From: Macrostomum lignano
Lineage: Eukaryota
Direction of reading: 5' to 3'
Assembly (NCBI GenBank): GCA_002269645.1
Contig: NIVC01001925.1
Coordinates: forward strand, 62,001 to 126,000
Length of the DNA: 64,000 nucleotides
The notes under the pieces are model-generated. The model made no database searches. It saw only the letters and a program-made list of their open reading frames with translations, and was not told the origin of the DNA. The position numbers were made by a program, and so were the translations under genes. Shown here piece by piece: positions 60,095 to 64,000 of this stretch (positions within the stretch are counted from its first letter, which is position 1; each line of letters opens with the position of its first letter).

Positions 60095-61915
60095 TGGCCC
60101 AGCATCTGAGGATCTGAAAGGCTGGCCCAGCATCTGAGGATCTGAGGATCTGGGAGGCTGGCCCAGCATCTGAGGATCTGGGAGGCTGGCCCAGCAACTG
60201 AGGATCTGGGAGGCTGGCCCAGCAACTGAGGATCTGGGAGGCTGGCCCAGCAACTGAGGATCTGGGAGGCTGGCCCAGTATCTGACGATCTGGGAGGCTG
60301 GCCCAGCATCTGAGGATCTGGGAGGCTGGCCCAGCATCTGAGGATCTGGGAGGCTGGCCCAGCATCTGAGGATCTGGGAGGCTGGCCCAGCAACAGAGGA
60401 TCTGGGAGGCTGGCCCAGCAACTGACACTCTGGGAGGCTGGCCCAGCAACTGACACTCAGGGAGGCTGGCCCAGAAACTGAGGATCTGGGAGGCTGGCCC
60501 AGCAACTGAGGATCTGGGAGGCTGGCCCAGAAACTGAGGGTCTGGGAGGCTGGCCTAGCAACTGAGGATCTGGTAGGCTGGCCCAGAAACTGAGGATCTG
60601 GGAGGCTGGCCCAGCAACTGTGGATCTGGGAGGCTGGCCTAGCAACTGAGGATCTGGGAGGCTGGCCAGCAACTCAGGATCTGGGAGGCTGGCCCAGCAA
60701 CTGAGGATCTGGTAGGCTGGCCCAGCAACTCAGGATCTGGGAGGCTGGCCTAGCAACTCAGGATCTGGGAGGCTGGCCCAGCAACTGAGGATCTGGGAGG
60801 CTGGCCCAGCAACTGAGGATCTGAGAGGCTGGCCTAGCAACTGGGGATCTGGGAGGCTGGCCCAGATAATGAGGATCTGAGAGGCTGGCCTAGCAACTGA
60901 GGATCTGGGAGGCTGGCCCAGCAACTGAAGATCTGAGAGGCTAGCCCAGCATCTGAGGATCTGGGAGGCTGGTCTAGCAACTCAGGATCTGGGAGGCTGG
61001 ACCAGCAACTGAGGATCTGGGAGGCTGGCCCAGCAACTGAGGATCTGAGAGGCTGGCCTAGCAACTGGGGATCTGGGAGGCTGGCCCAGATAATGAGGAT
61101 CTGGGAGGCTGGCCTAGCAACTGAGGATCTGGGAGGCTGGCCCAGCAACTGAGGATCTGGGAGGCTGGCCCAGCAACTGAGGATCTGGAAGGCTGGCCCA
61201 GCAACTGAGGATCTGGGAGGCTGGCCCAGAAACTGAGGATCTGGGAGGCTGGCCCAGTATCTGAGGATCTGGGAGGCTGGCCCAGCAACTGAGGATCTGG
61301 GAGGCTGGCCCAGTATCTGAGGATCTGGGAGGCTGGCCCAGCAACTGAGGATCTGGGAGGCTGGCCTAGCAACTCAGGATCTGGGAGGCTGGCCCAGCAA
61401 CTGAGGATCTGGGAGGCTGGCCCAGTATCTGAGGATCTGGGAGGCTGGCCCAGCAACTGAGGATCTGGGAGGCTGGCCTAGCAACTCAGGATCTGGGAGG
61501 CTGGCCCAGCAACTGAGGATCTGGGAGGCTGGCCCAGCAACTGAGGATCTGGGAGGCTGGCCCAGCAACTCAGGATCTGGGAGGCTGGCCCAGAAACTGA
61601 GGATCTTGGAGGCTGGCCCAGGAACTGAGGATCTGAGAGGCTGGCCTAGCAACTGAGGATCTGGGAGGCTGGCCCAGCAACTGAAGATCTGAGAGGCTAG
61701 CCCAGCATCTGAGGATCTGGGAGGCTGGTCTAGCAACTCAGGATCTGGGAGGCTGGCCCAGCAACTGAGGATCTGGGAGGCTGGCCCAGCAACTGAGGAT
61801 ATGGGAGGCTGGCCTAGCAACTGAGGATCTGGGAGACTGGCCTAGCAACTGAGGATATGGGAGGCTGGCCTAGCAACTGAGGATCTGGGAGACTGGCCTA
61901 GCAACTGAGGATCTG
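60095..61915. repeat. 28 bp minisatellite CTGGGAGGCTGGCCCAGCAACTGAGGAT
   Basis: About 65 copies starting ~7 nt into the intron; same family as 30690-31305. Confidence 0.97.
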
Positions 61916-61923
61916 GGACTCAC

Positions 61924-61993
61924 AGAAATGCCATCGAACAGCTGAAACAGGCCCAGCAACGGTATAATGTGTGCAGCTGTGCTCACAATGTCA
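61924..61993 (-). CDS. SLC47A1: MATE/SLC47 exon (TM10)
   Basis: SDIVSTAAHIIPLLGLFQLFDGIS; CCCCGCAG acceptor, GTGAGT donor. Confidence 0.9.
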
Positions 61994-62343
61994 CTGCGGG
62001 GGTAAAGGAGGCAGGCGCGTCAGCATGATTCTGTATTGTAGAGGTTATTAACTATATGCCACCTATAGTTAAGCTGAAAAAGCCCGATCAAAATTAAATT
62101 TAAACACAATCTAAAAATAGATTGGCAGGGGCACAGCTGTAGGCTGAGTGACGGGGGTGCGAGTTCATTCATTCCTGTTCAAACTGGTTCGCATGCATTA
62201 GAAGCCGCAGCAGCTTATAGAACGCACAGACAACCAGAGGACAGTCAGAGAACCAGGCCAGTTAAAGTTACTTTTTAAACTTTGCCTTATAAACCAACTA
62301 AGCTAAAAAGTACAGCACGACTCTCCGAAATTCACCGACGTAC

Positions 62344-62419
62344 CTTTGAGTTGTGAAAATGATGGGCAGATAGTGGCGCAGAAAGACGAACAAGTTGCAC
62401 ATGAGTACTGCGATGCCGA
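62344..62419 (-). CDS. SLC47A1: MATE/SLC47 exon (TM9)
   Basis: VGIAVLMCNLFVFLRHYLPIIFTTQ; phase 1-2. Confidence 0.88.
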
Positions 62420-62454
62420 CTGGATCGGGGGTCAGGTTCTTTATGGTTAGTTCT

Positions 62455-62860
62455 GTAGTCTGCAGCCCTGTTCTACCCCACCACTTCAATAGTCTGCAGC
62501 CCTGTTCTACCCCACCAATTCAGCAGTCTGCAGCCCTGTTCTACCCCACCACTTCAATAGTCTGCAGCCCTGTTCTACCCCACCACTTCAGCAGTCTGTA
62601 GCCCTGTTCTACCCCACCACTTCAGCAGTCTGTAGCCCTGTTCTACCCCACCACTTCAGCAGTCTGCAGGCCTGTTCTACCCCACCACTTCAGCAGTTTG
62701 CAGCCCTGTTCTACCCCACCACTTCAGCAGTCTGCAGCCCTGTTCTACCCCACCACTTCAGCAGTCTGCAGCCCTGTTCTACCCCACCACTTCAGCAGTC
62801 TGCAGCCCTGTTCTACCCCACCACTTCAGCAGTCTGCAGCCCTGTTCTACCCCACCAAAA
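62455..62860. repeat. 34 bp minisatellite GCAGTCTGCAGCCCTGTTCTACCCCACCACTTCA
   Basis: About 12 copies. Confidence 0.95.
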
Positions 62861-62888
62861 AGCCGCAGCGGAAGGCGAAGCGCCTCAC

Positions 62889-62997
62889 CGGTCATGACGA
62901 GGCCAACCCGGTAAGAGCGGGCGGCTCCCACGGGCTGGTTGGCGCCGAGCTGCTGGCCAACCCGGATGTTCACCGCCACGGACATGCCGAAGGGAAT
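62889..62997 (-). CDS. SLC47A1: MATE/SLC47 exon (TM8)
   Basis: IPFGMSVAVNIRVGQQLGANQP, MATE signature (compare AASVRVGNALGAG). Confidence 0.93.
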
Positions 62998-63078
62998 CTA
63001 AGAAAACAAAACTTTTTGTAAAAATAATTCGGAGACTATGAAACAAACAGACACTAAAAAATAGTCGCAAACCCTCAC

Positions 63079-63146
63079 CATATAGGAGATGCTCTCCAGC
63101 TGAAAGACGATTGACTGGGCTGCCAGTTGCACGGCACCGAGCATGC
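63079..63146 (-). CDS. SLC47A1: MATE/SLC47 exon (TM7-8)
   Basis: GMLGAVQLAAQSIVFQLESISYM (compare GILGMVELGAQSIVYEL). Confidence 0.93.
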
Positions 63147-63254
63147 CTGGAGGTGAATCATGAGGTTTCAGCTCGAGTTTAATCCGTTGGGACAGTCCAC
63201 AAATCTTATTGAAATATATGAGCCTCGTTCAAGATTGAGGATTTTCATTTTTGA

Positions 63255-63670
63255 GAGATCGGATAATCATATTGAGAGATCGGATAATCATATTGAGAGA
63301 TCGGATAATCATATTGAGAGATCGGATAATCATATTGAGAAATCGGATAATCATATTGAGAAATCGGATAATCACATTGAGAAATCGATAATCACATTGA
63401 GAAATCGGATAATCATATTGAGAAATCGGATAATCACATTGAGAAATCGGATAATCACATTGAGAAATCGGATAATCACATTGAGAAATCGGATAATCAT
63501 TTTGAGAAATCAGATAATCATATTGAGAAATCGGATAATCATATTGAGAAATCGGATAATCACATTGAGAAATCGGATAATCATATTGAGAAATCGGATA
63601 ATCACATTGAGAAATCGGATAATCACATTGAGAAATTGGATAATCATATTGAGAGATCGGATAATCATGC
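63255..63670. repeat. 21 bp minisatellite GAGAAATCGGATAATCA(C/T)ATT
   Basis: About 19 copies. Confidence 0.95.
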
Positions 63671-63690
63671 TAAGAATTCGGTTAGCTCAC

Positions 63691-63902
63691 CAGCAACGAT
63701 GGTGGACACCTCGAAGCTCCACTCCTCCAGTGCAATGAGGAAAATACCCGGCACAGACAGCTTGATGAAGTCGCCCCAGTCGTACAGGGACTCCAGTTTC
63801 CAGCCATCCCAGGTCTCTCTGTACATCCGGGTCCACAGGATGTAGGCCAGGGTGATGAAGAACATCATGCCCATGGAGGCGGCTTGGACTACGGCTGTTG
63901 CG
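63691..63902 (-). CDS. SLC47A1: MATE/SLC47 exon (TM6-7); upstream exons lie outside the window
   Basis: ETWDGWKLESLYDWGDFIKLSVPGIFLIALEEWSFEV (compare LAIPSMLMLCMEWWAYEV). Confidence 0.92.
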
Positions 63903-64000
63903 CTGTGGGGTATTTGATTCCAATGTACATCTGCTGAATGTACATGTCCTTGATTCCAATGTACGTCTATTGTAAGTACATGTCTTTGATTCCAATTTAC

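Overview
Eukaryotic (invertebrate metazoan) genomic DNA with GC-rich exons and introns filled by minisatellites. The style resembles a Macrostomum-type free-living flatworm; this is inference, not shown by the sequence. Five protein-coding genes were reconstructed by hand from GT-AG boundaries and reading phase. (1) DCTN3, dynactin p22/p24: + strand, 3 exons, 2033-4747, 178 aa. (2) An SLC6 Na+/Cl- amino-acid transporter of the glycine/proline-transporter type: +, 8 exons, 10010-27785, about 820 aa, first exon tentative. (3) CPT1, carnitine O-palmitoyltransferase 1: -, 9 exons, 44091-35942, 781 aa. (4) SMURF, a C2-WW-WW-HECT E3 ligase: -, 8 exons, 56835-46225, 692 aa. (5) The 3' part of a MATE/SLC47 transporter: -, 7 exons, 63902-58062, 5' end outside the window. 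Most long introns carry their own 12-70 bp tandem repeat, and these arrays produce nearly all the long ORFs in the supplied track, which are spurious. Mobile DNA includes a multi-copy MITE family with CATACATGCGCAAC termini, other MITEs, tRNA-derived SINEs, LINE and Gypsy-gag remnants, and a decayed coding-like segment of unknown origin at about 31.4-33.2 kb. No prokaryotic system, CRISPR array or intact RNA gene is supported. The most notable observations are intronic repeats that copy splice junctions (decoy donors), one minisatellite family at two distant loci, an SLC6 with atypical substrate and Na2-site residues, and the unexplained decayed ORF.
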